Assembly (NCBI GenBank): GCA_049322915.1
Contig: JBMOPW010000013.1
Coordinates: 10,098-74,097, forward strand
Source of the DNA: Candidatus Zhuqueibacterota bacterium
Lineage (GTDB): Bacteria; Zhuqueibacterota; Zhuqueibacteria; Thermofontimicrobiales; Thermofontimicrobiaceae
Direction: 5' to 3'
Length of the DNA stretch: 64,000 bases
Under the pieces are notes generated by a model, which made no database searches, was not told the origin of the DNA, and was given only the letters and a program-made list of their open reading frames with translations. Shown here piece by piece: positions 19,095-30,103 of this stretch. Both the position numbers and the translations under genes were made by a program. Position 1 is the stretch's first letter. The number at the start of each line of letters is the position of its first letter.

Positions 19095-20923
19095 TCAACA
19101 GTCACGCTTTTTGCCAGGTTGCGCGGTTGATCCACATCGCAGCCCCGGTTCACGGCAATAAAGTATGCGAGTAGTTGTAACGGAATAATTGTTAGAATCG
19201 GTGTTAGAAATTCCAGAGTTGAAGGGATATAAATTGTGTGATCCACTTTTGATTGAATGAAATCATCCCCCTCGGTCGCGATGGCAATCAACTTACCTCT
19301 GCGCGCCCGCACTTCTTCGATATTGCTGATAATTTTCTCGTAGGTCGAATCTTTGGTCGCAATGAAAACCACCGGCATATTCTGATCAATCAGCGCGATG
19401 GGGCCGTGTTTCATCTCCGCTGCCGGGTACCCTTCCGCATGAATATATGAAATTTCTTTCAGCTTCAATGCGCCTTCCAGGGCAACCGGGAAATTGTACC
19501 CGCGACCCAGATACAGGAAATTCGGTTTGTTAGCGTACTGCCCGGCGATTTCTTCTATCTCCCGGTGCTTATCGAGAATTCTCTGAATCTTGTCAGGCAG
19601 CATTTTCATTTCCTGCACAATTTCACGACCTTTGCTCGCGGACATGGAACTCATGCGCGCCAGCAACAGCGTCATCAACGCCAGGACAGTCACCTGGGAG
19701 GTGAAGGCCTTTGTCGAAGCAACACCGATCTCCGGCCCGGCATGCAGGTAAATGCCGGCATCGCTCTCCCGGGCGATTGTGGAGCCGACGACATTGCAAA
19801 TTCCCAATACCTTTGCCTTTTTGCGTTGCGCTTCGCGCATGGCGGCGAGGGTATCTGCCGTCTCCCCGGACTGGCTGATGACGGTCACAACCGTATCGCG
19901 GTCGATGATGGGATCGCGATAGCGAAATTCCGAGGCATACTCCACCTCCACCGGGATGCGGACGTATTCCTCAACCATGTATTCGCCGATGAGCGCCGCA
20001 TGCCACGACGTACCGCATGCTGAAAACAGCACCCTTCGGGCGTACAGGAGTGATTCCAGTTCGTGCACGATGCCGCCTAACCGAGCTGTGCCCTCCTCTT
20101 CCAGCAGGCGTCCTCGCATGGAATCGTACACCGTCTGCGGTTGCTCCATAATTTCTTTGAGCATGAAATGGGCATAACCGCCTTTTTCGATCTTTTCCAG
20201 ATCGTAGGCAATTTTCTCCACGCGTTTTTCCACGGTGCGATCATCGATGGTTTTGATGACCATATTCTTGCGATGGATGATGGCCATTTCATTGTCATCC
20301 AGATAGCTGACACGTTGCGTATGGCCGACGATGGCCGCTGTATCGGACCCGACAAAATATTCATTCTCGCCGATCCCGATGACGATGGGGCTGCCTTTTC
20401 GCGCGGTGATGAGCATATCCGGTTCGTCAGTGCAAATGACAGCGATGCCGTATGTGCCCTTGATGTTCAGCAGCGCTTCGCGCACGGCCTTTTCCAAAGA
20501 ACCATTGTTTTTATAATATTCTTCAATCAGGTGAACGAGCGCCTCGGTGTCGGTTTCAGTCTTGAATTTGTGCCCTTTGGCCTGCAATTCCTTTTTCAGC
20601 GAGGCGTAGTTTTCAATGATGCCGTTGTGAATGATTGCCAGCCTGCCGGTGCAGTCGTCATGGGGATGAGCATTTTGTTCATTGGGTTCGCCGTGAGTTG
20701 CCCAACGTGTATGTCCGATACCCAGCGTGCCTGGTAATCTGCTGCAGTCCAAAGCCGTTTCCAGTTCGCTGATTTTGCCTTTTTTCTTGTGAATGATCAG
20801 TTTCTCACTGGCGATGGTCGAAATACCGGCCGAGTCGTACCCGCGATATTCCAGCCGTTTCAATCCTTCAAATAAAATTGGTGCCGCTTCACGATCTCCA
20901 ATATAGCCTACGATTCCACACAT
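19091..20923 (-). CDS. glmS: Glutamine--fructose-6-phosphate transaminase
   Basis: MCGIVGY, GHTRWATHG, C-terminal PRNLAKSVTVE. Confidence 0.98.
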   Translation of the reverse strand: MCGIVGYIGDREAAPILFEGLKRLEYRGYDSAGISTIASEKLIIHKKKGKISELETALDCSRLPGTLGIGHTRWATHGEPNEQNAHPHDDCTGRLAIIHNGIIENYASLKKELQAKGHKFKTETDTEALVHLIEEYYKNNGSLEKAVREALLNIKGTYGIAVICTDEPDMLITARKGSPIVIGIGENEYFVGSDTAAIVGHTQRVSYLDDNEMAIIHRKNMVIKTIDDRTVEKRVEKIAYDLEKIEKGGYAHFMLKEIMEQPQTVYDSMRGRLLEEEGTARLGGIVHELESLLYARRVLFSACGTSWHAALIGEYMVEEYVRIPVEVEYASEFRYRDPIIDRDTVVTVISQSGETADTLAAMREAQRKKAKVLGICNVVGSTIARESDAGIYLHAGPEIGVASTKAFTSQVTVLALMTLLLARMSSMSASKGREIVQEMKMLPDKIQRILDKHREIEEIAGQYANKPNFLYLGRGYNFPVALEGALKLKEISYIHAEGYPAAEMKHGPIALIDQNMPVVFIATKDSTYEKIISNIEEVRARRGKLIAIATEGDDFIQSKVDHTIYIPSTLEFLTPILTIIPLQLLAYFIAVNRGCDVDQPRNLAKSVTVE

Positions 20924-21096
20924 ATCAACACCCCTTCTCTTTTCCCTAAGACTGTTTTGAAGTCTAATAACTTAAGAATTAATTCACTCAAATGCAAGCC
21001 AATTTTCTGAAGTGAACAAAAGCTAAAATTTGATCCGACCCTCGCTTTCTCAATTTCATTGTCCACGCCCGGTTGAAACACAGCCCGCCGATTCCG

Positions 21097-22650
21097 TCAT
21101 TCCCATTCAATGGTTCCCGGCGGTTTGGAGCTGATATCATAGACGACCCGGTTCACCCCCTTCACTTCATTGATGATGCGATTCGCCACGCGGCCTAAAA
21201 AATCAGCGGGGAGTTTGGCCCAATCGGCGGTCATGGCATCTTCGCTGGTGACTGCGCGCAGGGCGACGACCGATTCATACGTGCGCTCATCTCCCATAAC
21301 GCCCACAGTCTGCACCGGCAGTAAAACGGCGAATGCCTGCCACACCTGATGATACAGCCCGCTCTCCAGTAATTCGTGGATGAAAATCCTGTCCGCATGT
21401 CGAACAATGGCGAGCCTGTCTTTATTAATATCGCCCAAAATTCGAACTGCTAAACCCGGTCCCGGAAAAGGATGGCGCGATACCAGCATTTCCGGGAGAT
21501 GCAGTTCGCGACCCACATTTCGCACTTCGTCCTTGAACAACTCCCGCAGCGGCTCGATCAATTTCAGGTTCATCTTCTCCGGCAGGCCGCCGACATTATG
21601 GTGACTCTTGATCACCGCCGAAGGTCCTTTCACTGAGACACTTTCAATGACGTCCGGGTACAGGGTGCCCTGAACAAGGAACTCAGCGCCGTTGATTTCC
21701 CGCGCCACCCGCTCGAAAGTCTGTATGAATTCATCCCCAATAATTTTTCGCTTTTTCTCCGGATCCACCACGCCGCTCAAACGCCGCAGAAAATTTTCGC
21801 TGGCGTCTTCGTAGCGGAAATTCATTTTGAACTGATTCTGGAACACTGCCTGCACCTGCTCCGCTTCGTCGCTGCGCAGCAGTCCGTTATTTACGAAAAC
21901 GCAGGTAAGCTGGTCGCCGATGGCCTCATGCACCAGCACCGCCGCCACCGATGAATCCACTCCGCCGGACAGTCCGCAAATGACATGCTTCGTCCCGACG
22001 ATCTCCCGAATGGCGCGGATGGATTCATGGATGAAAGACTTGGGCGACCACAGTCCGTGGCAGCCGGCAATATTGTAGATGAAATTCCGGATAAACTGGT
22101 CGCCCCGGTCTGTATGGGCGACCTCAGGGTGAAACTGAAGACCATAAATATTCCGCGTCCGATGTCTGATAATGCCGTACGGTGAATTTGCCGTCGCTCC
22201 CAGCACGACAAAATCGGCTGGCAGCTTTTCGACGCGGTCGCCGTGACTCATCCACACCTTCGCGGTCGAGCCGATGTTTTCCAGCAGGGGGTCGTTGCGC
22301 GTGATGTTCAACAAGGCATGGCCGTATTCGCGGTGATCGGCGCGCGTCACTTCGCCACCCATGAGATGGCTCAGCAATTGCAAACCATAGCAGATCCCCA
22401 GAATCGGAATACCCATTTCCAGAATGGCGGTGTCTACCTTCGGCGCATCATTGGCATAGACCGAAGAAGGTCCGCCGGACAGGACAATGCCGCGCGGGGC
22501 GATCTTTTTAATCTCATCGCTGGAAATAGTGAAAGGTTTGATTTCCGAATACACGCCCTGCTCGCGGATTCGCCGGGCAATGAGCTGCGTGTACTGAGAG
22601 CCGAAATCCAGAATTAAAATGCGTTCATCGTGAATTGCAGTCGTGGTCAC
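21097..22650 (-). CDS. guaA: GMP synthase (glutamine-hydrolysing)
   Basis: [29 protein letters not shown]; probable GTG start. Confidence 0.98.
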   Translation of the reverse strand: MTTTAIHDERILILDFGSQYTQLIARRIREQGVYSEIKPFTISSDEIKKIAPRGIVLSGGPSSVYANDAPKVDTAILEMGIPILGICYGLQLLSHLMGGEVTRADHREYGHALLNITRNDPLLENIGSTAKVWMSHGDRVEKLPADFVVLGATANSPYGIIRHRTRNIYGLQFHPEVAHTDRGDQFIRNFIYNIAGCHGLWSPKSFIHESIRAIREIVGTKHVICGLSGGVDSSVAAVLVHEAIGDQLTCVFVNNGLLRSDEAEQVQAVFQNQFKMNFRYEDASENFLRRLSGVVDPEKKRKIIGDEFIQTFERVAREINGAEFLVQGTLYPDVIESVSVKGPSAVIKSHHNVGGLPEKMNLKLIEPLRELFKDEVRNVGRELHLPEMLVSRHPFPGPGLAVRILGDINKDRLAIVRHADRIFIHELLESGLYHQVWQAFAVLLPVQTVGVMGDERTYESVVALRAVTSEDAMTADWAKLPADFLGRVANRIINEVKGVNRVVYDISSKPPGTIEWE

Positions 22651-22854
22651 GTTGGTATCCTCTGGTGAATTGTGAAACAAGAGATGAAGTCACTCCCTCG
22701 TCCTGTCCGTTGGGATGCATCATTCTCCCGCGGCGATCGTGCAGCGCAGTCGATTGATGTTCCGTCCGCAATTGGCGCGGGAATCACAAGGACAGGGTTG
22801 GTTTAACGAATGATGAAGCAGGGCAGGAAGAGATTCTACGGGTGCCGGTGAGCC

Positions 22855-23613
22855 TTATTTAGTAATTCCCCACCCTTTCAAATCGTCTAAAAAGCTGTAA
22901 TTCGTCAGGTCGAAATGGACCGGGGTTATGGAAATCTTGTTATCCAGAATCGCGCGGTCATCCACGTCCGGATCGGTCTCCAGTTCCACCTTTTGGCCGG
23001 TGAGCCAGTAGTAAACCCGTCGATGGGGATCGACGCGCTTATCGAATTCTTCCTGATACATGGCGCATCCCTGTCGCGTAATTTGAACGCCCTGAATTTC
23101 GTCTTCGGAGTCCACAGCCGGCACATTCACATTCAATAGCGTCCCTTTGGGGAGCCTGTTTTTCAAAATGATTTTGGACAATTTGCCGGCGAACTTCGCG
23201 GCCACATCAAATTTCGGCTTCACGAACGTCGTCAGCGAAATGGCAAATGAAGGAATGTCGAGGAACATGCCCTCCGTGGCAGCGGACACTGTTCCCGAAT
23301 AGATGATATTGATCCCGGTATTCGAGCCCAGATTGATCCCTGAAATCAGAATATCCGGTTTGATTCCCAGCGCCCAGCAGGCAATTTTGACGCAATCCGC
23401 CGGCGTGCCATTGACGGCGTAGCCGAAAAATTCATCGCTCTTTTTGAAATCAACCACCCGAAGCGGATCGGACAGGGTGATGGCATGTCCCACAGCGCTT
23501 TTTTCACTATCAGGGGCAACGACAAACACCTCGCCGTGTTTTATCATTTCCTTGTGAAGTGCGGACAGCCCCGGCGCGTTAATGCCATCGTCATTCGTCA
23601 ACAGTATTTTCAT
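22855..23613 (-). CDS. surE: 5'/3'-nucleotidase SurE
   Basis: ILLTNDDG, GTPADCV, SGTVSAATEG. Confidence 0.97.
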   Translation of the reverse strand: MKILLTNDDGINAPGLSALHKEMIKHGEVFVVAPDSEKSAVGHAITLSDPLRVVDFKKSDEFFGYAVNGTPADCVKIACWALGIKPDILISGINLGSNTGINIIYSGTVSAATEGMFLDIPSFAISLTTFVKPKFDVAAKFAGKLSKIILKNRLPKGTLLNVNVPAVDSEDEIQGVQITRQGCAMYQEEFDKRVDPHRRVYYWLTGQKVELETDPDVDDRAILDNKISITPVHFDLTNYSFLDDLKGWGITK

Positions 23614-24538
23614 CGTTTTCTGAACTTTCACTATAGTCTATATTATCGTCATTTTCAGTCATATTAACACTGTCAATTTCCCCACCGTCCTCCTCTTTTT
23701 CAATGCCAAAAAATTCCAGCATGGCGGAGAGCTTTTCTTTCATCTCACTGCGGGGCACAATGATATCGACAAATCCGTGCTGAAGCAGGAATTCCGCGCG
23801 CTGAAACCCCTCCGGCAAATCCTGACCGATCGTCTGTTTGATGACGCGTTCACCGGCAAAACCGATCAACGCGCCGGGCTCCGCAATATTCACATCGCCC
23901 AGCATGGCGTAGCTTGCGGACACGCCGCCAGTGGTGGGATTTGTGAGAATAGAAATATAGGGCAGGCCATGATCCGATAGTTTGGCCAAAAACGCCGATG
24001 TCTTGGCCATCTGCATCAGGGACAGGGCGCCCTCCATCATGCGCGCGCCGCCGGAGGCCGAGATGATGATGATCGGGCATTTTTTCTCAATCGCCAATTC
24101 CGTGGCCCGGGCAATCTTCTCCCCCACGACAGAGCCCATGCTGCCGCCAATGAAGGAAAAGTCCATGACGCACAGTACGACATTTCTGTTCTCGATTCGA
24201 CCGGTGCCGGTGAGTATCGCCTCGTTCACACCGCTCTTTTTAATGGCGTCTTTCAAGCGTTCATTATACCGCTTCTTGTCTTTGAATTTCAGAAAATCGA
24301 CAGACTTGATGTGAGCATTGAACTCATTAAATTTGCCGCCATCGAGCAACAGCTTAATGTACATCCGGGCGCTCATTTTGAAATGATAGCCGCAGCTACG
24401 GCACACTGACAGATTTTTATCCAATTCCCGTTTATAAATAACCTCATTGCATTTTTCGCATTTCAGCCAGAGACCATCCGGCAAATCCTTCTTCTGTTGC
24501 GGGGCTAGCCCTAACGAATCTCGTTTAAACCAGGCCAT
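23591..24538 (-). CDS. accD: Acetyl-CoA carboxylase carboxyltransferase beta subunit
   Basis: C..C-x15-C..C Zn finger, GGSMGSVVGEK, SGGARM. Confidence 0.97.
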   Translation of the reverse strand: MAWFKRDSLGLAPQQKKDLPDGLWLKCEKCNEVIYKRELDKNLSVCRSCGYHFKMSARMYIKLLLDGGKFNEFNAHIKSVDFLKFKDKKRYNERLKDAIKKSGVNEAILTGTGRIENRNVVLCVMDFSFIGGSMGSVVGEKIARATELAIEKKCPIIIISASGGARMMEGALSLMQMAKTSAFLAKLSDHGLPYISILTNPTTGGVSASYAMLGDVNIAEPGALIGFAGERVIKQTIGQDLPEGFQRAEFLLQHGFVDIIVPRSEMKEKLSAMLEFFGIEKEEDGGEIDSVNMTENDDNIDYSESSENDENTVDE

Positions 24539-25088
24539 AGGTATTCTCCAAGTTTAAGTTACGGCTCAATAACAGAGCGTCTTCTTTTTCGTTTTCATAA
24601 TATCCTTTTCGGATACCGACAAGTTCGAAATGATATTTTTTATAAAGCGCTATCGCTGATTTGTTGCTCTTTCTCACCTCAAGATACACATACTGCGCGC
24701 CCAATTCTGAGCCCACCAGCAGCGACAGCCAGAGCATCGTTTCACCGATTTTCTTTTTTCGGAATTCCTGCTGAACCGCCAGATTGCTCAGATGAAATTC
24801 ATCGAGCACGAAAAAAGATACGGCGTAAGCGACAACCGCACCGCCGACCAATCCGACCAGCGATATATTGAAATGGCGCCTGTCCAATTTGTATAAAAAT
24901 CCTTCCTCTGTCCACGGCGAACTGAATATCTGATGCTCCAGTTGGCATACAGCCGGTACATCGTCGGCAACCATGCGCCGCACATGCAGGGCTGTCCTGT
25001 CCATCAGTTGAATGTCCAGCCCCTGTTCCACTTGATCGTACCAACTGGCGCAGTTCACATTGGCGGTTAAAAACGGCAGTTCCGGCAT
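24525..25088 (-). CDS. rimI: Ribosomal-protein alanine N-acetyltransferase
   Basis: FSSPW, LEVRKSN..AI.LY, RKGYY...EDA; next to tsaB; start uncertain. Confidence 0.85.
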   Translation of the reverse strand: MPELPFLTANVNCASWYDQVEQGLDIQLMDRTALHVRRMVADDVPAVCQLEHQIFSSPWTEEGFLYKLDRRHFNISLVGLVGGAVVAYAVSFFVLDEFHLSNLAVQQEFRKKKIGETMLWLSLLVGSELGAQYVYLEVRKSNKSAIALYKKYHFELVGIRKGYYENEKEDALLLSRNLNLENTYGLV

Positions 25089-25104
25089 GGATTCGTGTCT
25101 GATC

Positions 25105-25788
25105 TCAGAGTCCAATTTTTTTCTTCGCTTTGAAATCCTTGAGGTAAAATGGCTCCAGCGTATCGATATTTTCCAACTCGCGCCTGGTGGCTTTTTCGTA
25201 ACCCAACAGGGCAACGGCATAGCCGGAGGATAAACTGAATTCGGGCGGAGCGATGGTGACCTGTTCAGCCACTTCCCCGCGGATAAAGTCGGATACCCCC
25301 TTCATGCCGATATTGATCAGCAACGTCCTTTCTTCGATAACCTGATTCAGGTCTTTGAGCGTGATCAGTCGAAACTCTTTACGCCGAACGAGCCTGTTTT
25401 CTTCGAACCGGTACAATGCGGTGTAGGCTTCATCAGCCTGCGCTTTGACGAGGGGACAGATATGCCCTGGCCAGAATCGGGACTGATACGCAAACGCGTC
25501 GAGCGTCGGTACAGAGACGACTGCCGCGCCCGTCGAAAAGGCCAATCCTTTCACGGCAGCCAGTCCGATGCGCAGTCCGGTGAACGAGCCCGGCCCGACA
25601 GCAATCGCGAGACAATCGATCTGCGCCACCGTCAAATGAGCCTGACCCAGCACCCAATCGATGGAAGGGATCAATTTCTCGGCATGCGCCCGTTTGATAT
25701 TCGACCGAAGTTCAGTGATAAGCGTTTTGTCCTCCGTCACCGCGAGGCTCAGTACTTCAGTCGATGTGTCGATTGCCAGTATTTTCAT
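25105..25788 (-). CDS. tsaB: tRNA threonylcarbamoyladenosine biosynthesis protein TsaB
   Basis: MKILAIDTST, GPGSFTGLRIG. Confidence 0.95.
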   Translation of the reverse strand: MKILAIDTSTEVLSLAVTEDKTLITELRSNIKRAHAEKLIPSIDWVLGQAHLTVAQIDCLAIAVGPGSFTGLRIGLAAVKGLAFSTGAAVVSVPTLDAFAYQSRFWPGHICPLVKAQADEAYTALYRFEENRLVRRKEFRLITLKDLNQVIEERTLLINIGMKGVSDFIRGEVAEQVTIAPPEFSLSSGYAVALLGYEKATRRELENIDTLEPFYLKDFKAKKKIGL

Positions 25789-25841
25789 TCGTCGCGACCG
25801 TGCTCCTGCGTTGCATGCATGATGCGCTCGCCGTTCTTCGC

Positions 25842-26270
25842 TCAGCGCTCCATGCGGATTTTTCGGATGTGTTCCTGACCGGGCTCGAAAGAACCCTCTA
25901 AAAATATATCGATACGTATCGCCGGCAGCAGCCCGGCAATTCGCTCTGCCCATTCGATCAGGCAGACGCCGTCGCCGTTAAAATATTCTTCGTAACCCAG
26001 GTCGTAAATTTCCCGCTCGGATTCGATCCGATACAGGTCGAAATGGTAGACCGGAAATGTGCCGCTGTACTCATTGATCAGCGTAAAAGTGGGGCTGGAT
26101 ACCTGCTCGAAACAACCCAGTCCCCGGCAAATGCCCTGCACTGTTCGGGTTTTGCCGCTGCCCAGATCCCCGAAAAAAGCGACGACATCGCCGGGCCGCA
26201 GGGAGCGGCTGATTTTTTCGCCCCAGGCCATTGTCTCGGCGTCGCTGTATGAAACGAACAACTCCACCAT
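25842..26270 (-). CDS. tsaE: tRNA threonylcarbamoyladenosine biosynthesis ATPase TsaE
   Basis: GDLGSGKT, SPTFTL, HFDLYR, IEW. Confidence 0.97.
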   Translation of the reverse strand: MVELFVSYSDAETMAWGEKISRSLRPGDVVAFFGDLGSGKTRTVQGICRGLGCFEQVSSPTFTLINEYSGTFPVYHFDLYRIESEREIYDLGYEEYFNGDGVCLIEWAERIAGLLPAIRIDIFLEGSFEPGQEHIRKIRMER

Positions 26271-26277
26271 GCTGCTG

Positions 26278-27837
26278 TTATTTCGCCTCCAGTTTGATGA
26301 CCGGCAGGATCATTTCTTCCATCGAGACTCCGCCGTGCTGGAAACTGTCTTTATAATAATTCAAATAATGATGGAAATCGGTTGGGTAAACAAAATAGTA
26401 ATCCTCTTTGGCGATGAGGTAATTGGTATTGATGCCGCGCGCCGGCAGCTTGTACTCTTCCGGTTTTTTGATATTGATGGCATACTTGGGATCGCATTTC
26501 AGGCTGCGACCGTATTTGTAGCGCAGATTCGTCGATGTTTCCCGGTCGCCGATCACTTTGGCGCCCCGCATGCTGCGTATGCTGCCGTGATCCGATGTGA
26601 TGATGACAGTTTTGCCGGCCGTGGAAAGCCTTTGTAAAATTTTCAACAAAATGGAGTGCTCGAACCAGGACTGCGTCAGCGACCGAAACGCGGATTCGTC
26701 CGGGGCAATCTCTTTCAGCACTTCAGAATCACTCCGGCTGTGCGCTAAAAAATCGATGAAGTTGAACACAATGGCGAGCAGCGGCGTGCTGGCTAACATC
26801 GAAATATTTTTCTGCAAATTTTTCGCTTCCTTCGAATCGAGCACCTTGACATATTTGAGCGGCTGAGCCAATTGAATCCGGCGTCGCTCAAGTTGTTTCT
26901 CCAGGAACTGGTGCTCGTAGCGATTGCGGCTGAATTCATCCTCCTCGCCCTTCTCCCACAATTCGGCATGCTCCCGACTCAGTTCCGCCGGAAACAGGCC
27001 GGAAAATATGGCATTGCGCGAATACGGCGTGGCCGTTGGCAAAATGGAAAAATAATAGTCTTTTGAAATTTGATAATAGCTGTACAACAGCGGCTCGAGC
27101 GTCAGCCATTGATCGAGACGGAGATTGTCCATCACGATAAATACAACCGATTTATGTTGTTCCAGGAGCGGAAGAACATGGCGCCGAATGACGTCCGTGG
27201 ACAGCAACGGCCGCTCTTCGCTCTCGATCCAGCGGCAATAATTCCGCTCGATGAATTTGCCAAATTCAATATTACAATCGCGCTTCTGGTCGAGCAGCGT
27301 CTGGCGGAGGCCCAGGTCAGGATGGCCGTCCAGTTGCACTTCCCACTCGGTGAGCTGCAAGTAGATATCGACCCAATCCGTCGCCTGCAGCGGATTCATC
27401 AGCCGCCCGGCGATGGTGCTGAATCCCTGCACATAATCCCGCGAAAGTTTTTCGCTCTCAATTTTTTTGATGTCCAAAATCCTCTTGCACGACAACAGAA
27501 TCTGGGACGGGTTCACCGGCTTGGTCAGATAATCATCGATCTTGCCACCGATGGCCTGATCCATCAACTGCTCTTCTTCATTCTTGGTAATCATGATCAC
27601 CGGCAGCGACGGATTGATCTCCTTGAACCGGGTGAGCGCGGTGAGGCCATCCATGCCGTTGAGCATCTCGTCCAATAAAATCAGATCGAAGCTCTGCTCC
27701 TGAATCAGCGAGATGGCGTCTTCGGCGTTGGTCACCGGGGTGATGCGATACCCGCGCTCTTCGAGAAACATGATATGCGGCTTCAACAACTCGATTTCAT
27801 CGTCAACCCAGAGGATTTGTTTATATGTCTCGGTCAT
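26278..27837 (-). CDS. porX: PorX-like response regulator (REC + PglZ/alkaline-phosphatase domain)
   Basis: ILWVDDEI receiver, DNLR.DQW, PTATPYSRNAIFSG, SDHG, FQHGGVSMEEM; upstream of tsaE. Confidence 0.85.
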   Translation of the reverse strand: MTETYKQILWVDDEIELLKPHIMFLEERGYRITPVTNAEDAISLIQEQSFDLILLDEMLNGMDGLTALTRFKEINPSLPVIMITKNEEEQLMDQAIGGKIDDYLTKPVNPSQILLSCKRILDIKKIESEKLSRDYVQGFSTIAGRLMNPLQATDWVDIYLQLTEWEVQLDGHPDLGLRQTLLDQKRDCNIEFGKFIERNYCRWIESEERPLLSTDVIRRHVLPLLEQHKSVVFIVMDNLRLDQWLTLEPLLYSYYQISKDYYFSILPTATPYSRNAIFSGLFPAELSREHAELWEKGEEDEFSRNRYEHQFLEKQLERRRIQLAQPLKYVKVLDSKEAKNLQKNISMLASTPLLAIVFNFIDFLAHSRSDSEVLKEIAPDESAFRSLTQSWFEHSILLKILQRLSTAGKTVIITSDHGSIRSMRGAKVIGDRETSTNLRYKYGRSLKCDPKYAINIKKPEEYKLPARGINTNYLIAKEDYYFVYPTDFHHYLNYYKDSFQHGGVSMEEMILPVIKLEAK

Positions 27838-27880
27838 GTTTCCTTTCGATGGTTCGTTCGTGCGACTTATAACGCGCAGA

Positions 27881-27909
27881 AAAATAACTATTTTTTAGTT
27901 GAATGTCAA
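27881..27909 (-). promoter_or_regulatory. sigma70 promoter of the porX-tsaE operon
   Basis: TTGACA-17bp-TATTTT. Confidence 0.55.
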
Positions 27910-27990
27910 TAATTTTGATAGAAATATTGATGCGGTCAGTCCGTCGCCTCAAAACGGACGCGCTGCCGGCATCCATTAAACCGCAGCGCA

Positions 27991-28422
27991 TCACGCTGAC
28001 ATCAGCGCCTGTTCGTATTGCTGAATGGCCTGGACAAAAGCCGGCGGCAGTTTCTTGATCTGACGATTTTTATAATCGAAGCCCGCCATCTTTGTATACC
28101 CGCTGGCAACCAGCAATCCCTGCTCATCGTCCCGAAACATCAGATAGTCCATCATGAATTTCACGCCCTTCAATTCCGAAATCCGCACGTACACAATCAG
28201 CCGATTGGCCCAGAACACCTCGGCTTTGAAGTCGACATGCGCGCTGCTCATTATCAGACTGGTATCGTCGCCGATATTCATTTCAGAAAAGTTGAACTGA
28301 GCCAGATAGCGCAGACGCGCTTCTTGAAAAATGGACAGGTAGCGGTCGTTGCCCAGATGCCCGCCGTAGTTGATATCCCCGATGGTCACATCCAGTTTAG
28401 TTGAAAATTTGAAGTTTTCCAT
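27991..28422 (-). CDS. Hotdog-fold acyl-CoA thioesterase
   Basis: DINYGGHLGND..L...QEAR motif. Confidence 0.85.
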   Translation of the reverse strand: MENFKFSTKLDVTIGDINYGGHLGNDRYLSIFQEARLRYLAQFNFSEMNIGDDTSLIMSSAHVDFKAEVFWANRLIVYVRISELKGVKFMMDYLMFRDDEQGLLVASGYTKMAGFDYKNRQIKKLPPAFVQAIQQYEQALMSA

Positions 28423-28744
28423 GTGCCTCATTTCCTGGTTTGAAGCATCACCCTGCTTGCGAATCATTCGCACAGACCAATTTCAATTTGGTGAATATAC
28501 AAAATTATAACCATAAATGCCAAGCTAAAATTTCAGAGCTGGCCGGAACAGCAACGCATCACGATGAAAGCAGATTTAAAATTTTCGCTTGACTATTGGC
28601 AGAAAAAAACTATATTGTAACATATCTTTATTTCTCCAAATGAAACACCTCGCCGGGTCACAGGTGCGCTTCATATTTACATATTAAAAAGTGATACTAT
28701 CGATTCGACATCACTGATTCATCATCAATCATCAGAGGGAGGGT

Positions 28745-30025
28745 ATGATGAACGCACTGTCTGGATTTGTGGCGGGAATTGTGGGCCTTTTGTTCAGCGC
28801 TCAATTCGCCATTGCGGGACAGCCGGAAACCGCCACATTCAACAGATCGGTGTCTTTGTGCCAGCGCTATTTAGCCCAGGACGGCTTCGAAAATATTCAG
28901 ATCAAAATTGGGCTCGAAAACACAGTCTGGATCTACTACGAAAATCACCGCTACCGCAATGAATTGGCCGCACTCGGCGTTGTGCTTGGCTATGCCGCCG
29001 GGTGTTTCAAAAATGCGGATTCATTCATCCTTGTCCCGCGCCTGCGCCGGGTGGCCATCTGCTACATCACCATCAATCCCAACGACGCGCGCCTGTTCCT
29101 TCAGAACCGGATCACGCCGGACGAGTTCATCGATCTCTGGCGCATTGCGAACACGGAACCAGACCAGCCGCTTCGTGGCTATGAAACACCCTCCATCCGC
29201 TCATCTTTATTCAATCTCGATTGCAGCGTTCTGCCGGGCGTCAAAACCCAGTTCGCCCGACCCGGCGATCCGGTCCAGATGCAATTCAATTTTCTGGCGA
29301 ATGTGACATCCACCATCGCCACAGGCGCTCAACTCTATGGACAGTTGATCACCCCCCTGTACAATGAATTTCAGACCGATGAAAACAATTTCCGAATTGG
29401 GTCTCTGTACATCAATCAGCTTCTCCGGCTGAAATCGGCTACATACATTTCCCTGAGCGCCGGGCTTTTTGAATATTCCTATGCCGGCATTTCGACCATG
29501 ATGCAGCGCTATTTTTTCGGCAATCGCGCCAGTCTGTCGGCGCGGTTGGATTATTTCGACAATAGCCTGTTCCGCGATCCGGCGTTTGCGCCGGGCGATG
29601 TTCGGAATCATCGATCGTATCTGGTGCAGGCGCATTATTATTTCGAGCAGGTCGATTTCCGCGCCTCCGTCACCTGGGGCCGATACGCTCTGGGCGACGA
29701 AGGCTGGCGCGTGGATTTGACGCGCACGTTTCACGAACTGGAACTGGGCGTGATGGGCGTGTGGAATGAATCACTGGAATTTTTGACCGGCCTTCACGTC
29801 CGCGTGCCGTTCCCGGTGATACGCCATGCAGCGCCGTCGCGGGTGAGGCTTCGCGGCCCGAATTTCATGGAGTGGAATTACCGCTATCTTCCCTGTTACG
29901 ATGGGCAGATCATCGAGTCCGGGGTGGAACACGCCGACATCCTGCGGCAATTTTCGCCGGGGTTCCTGGACGCAAACGCGCACCAGTTGCGCACTGCCCA
30001 GCGATTTGTGAGAGTGAATCCATGA
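28745..30025 (+). CDS. YjbH-domain outer-membrane protein
   Basis: Signal peptide, GFEN..I...YEN.RYRN, GRY..GD.G.R.D..R.F beta-barrel motifs. Confidence 0.7.
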   Translation: MMNALSGFVAGIVGLLFSAQFAIAGQPETATFNRSVSLCQRYLAQDGFENIQIKIGLENTVWIYYENHRYRNELAALGVVLGYAAGCFKNADSFILVPRLRRVAICYITINPNDARLFLQNRITPDEFIDLWRIANTEPDQPLRGYETPSIRSSLFNLDCSVLPGVKTQFARPGDPVQMQFNFLANVTSTIATGAQLYGQLITPLYNEFQTDENNFRIGSLYINQLLRLKSATYISLSAGLFEYSYAGISTMMQRYFFGNRASLSARLDYFDNSLFRDPAFAPGDVRNHRSYLVQAHYYFEQVDFRASVTWGRYALGDEGWRVDLTRTFHELELGVMGVWNESLEFLTGLHVRVPFPVIRHAAPSRVRLRGPNFMEWNYRYLPCYDGQIIESGVEHADILRQFSPGFLDANAHQLRTAQRFVRVNP

Positions 30026-30103
30026 GAAGGAAAAACTGTCCGACTTAACGCAAGGTGACCACCGATTAAACCGATACCGATCTATTTCGCATTCCTGCTG
30101 CTT

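Noticed and set aside
20924-21096. glmS ribozyme
   Set aside because: Short AT-rich spacer without the ribozyme core
26278-27837. BREX defence PglZ
   Set aside because: REC-fused PorX architecture in housekeeping context; no brxC or pglX
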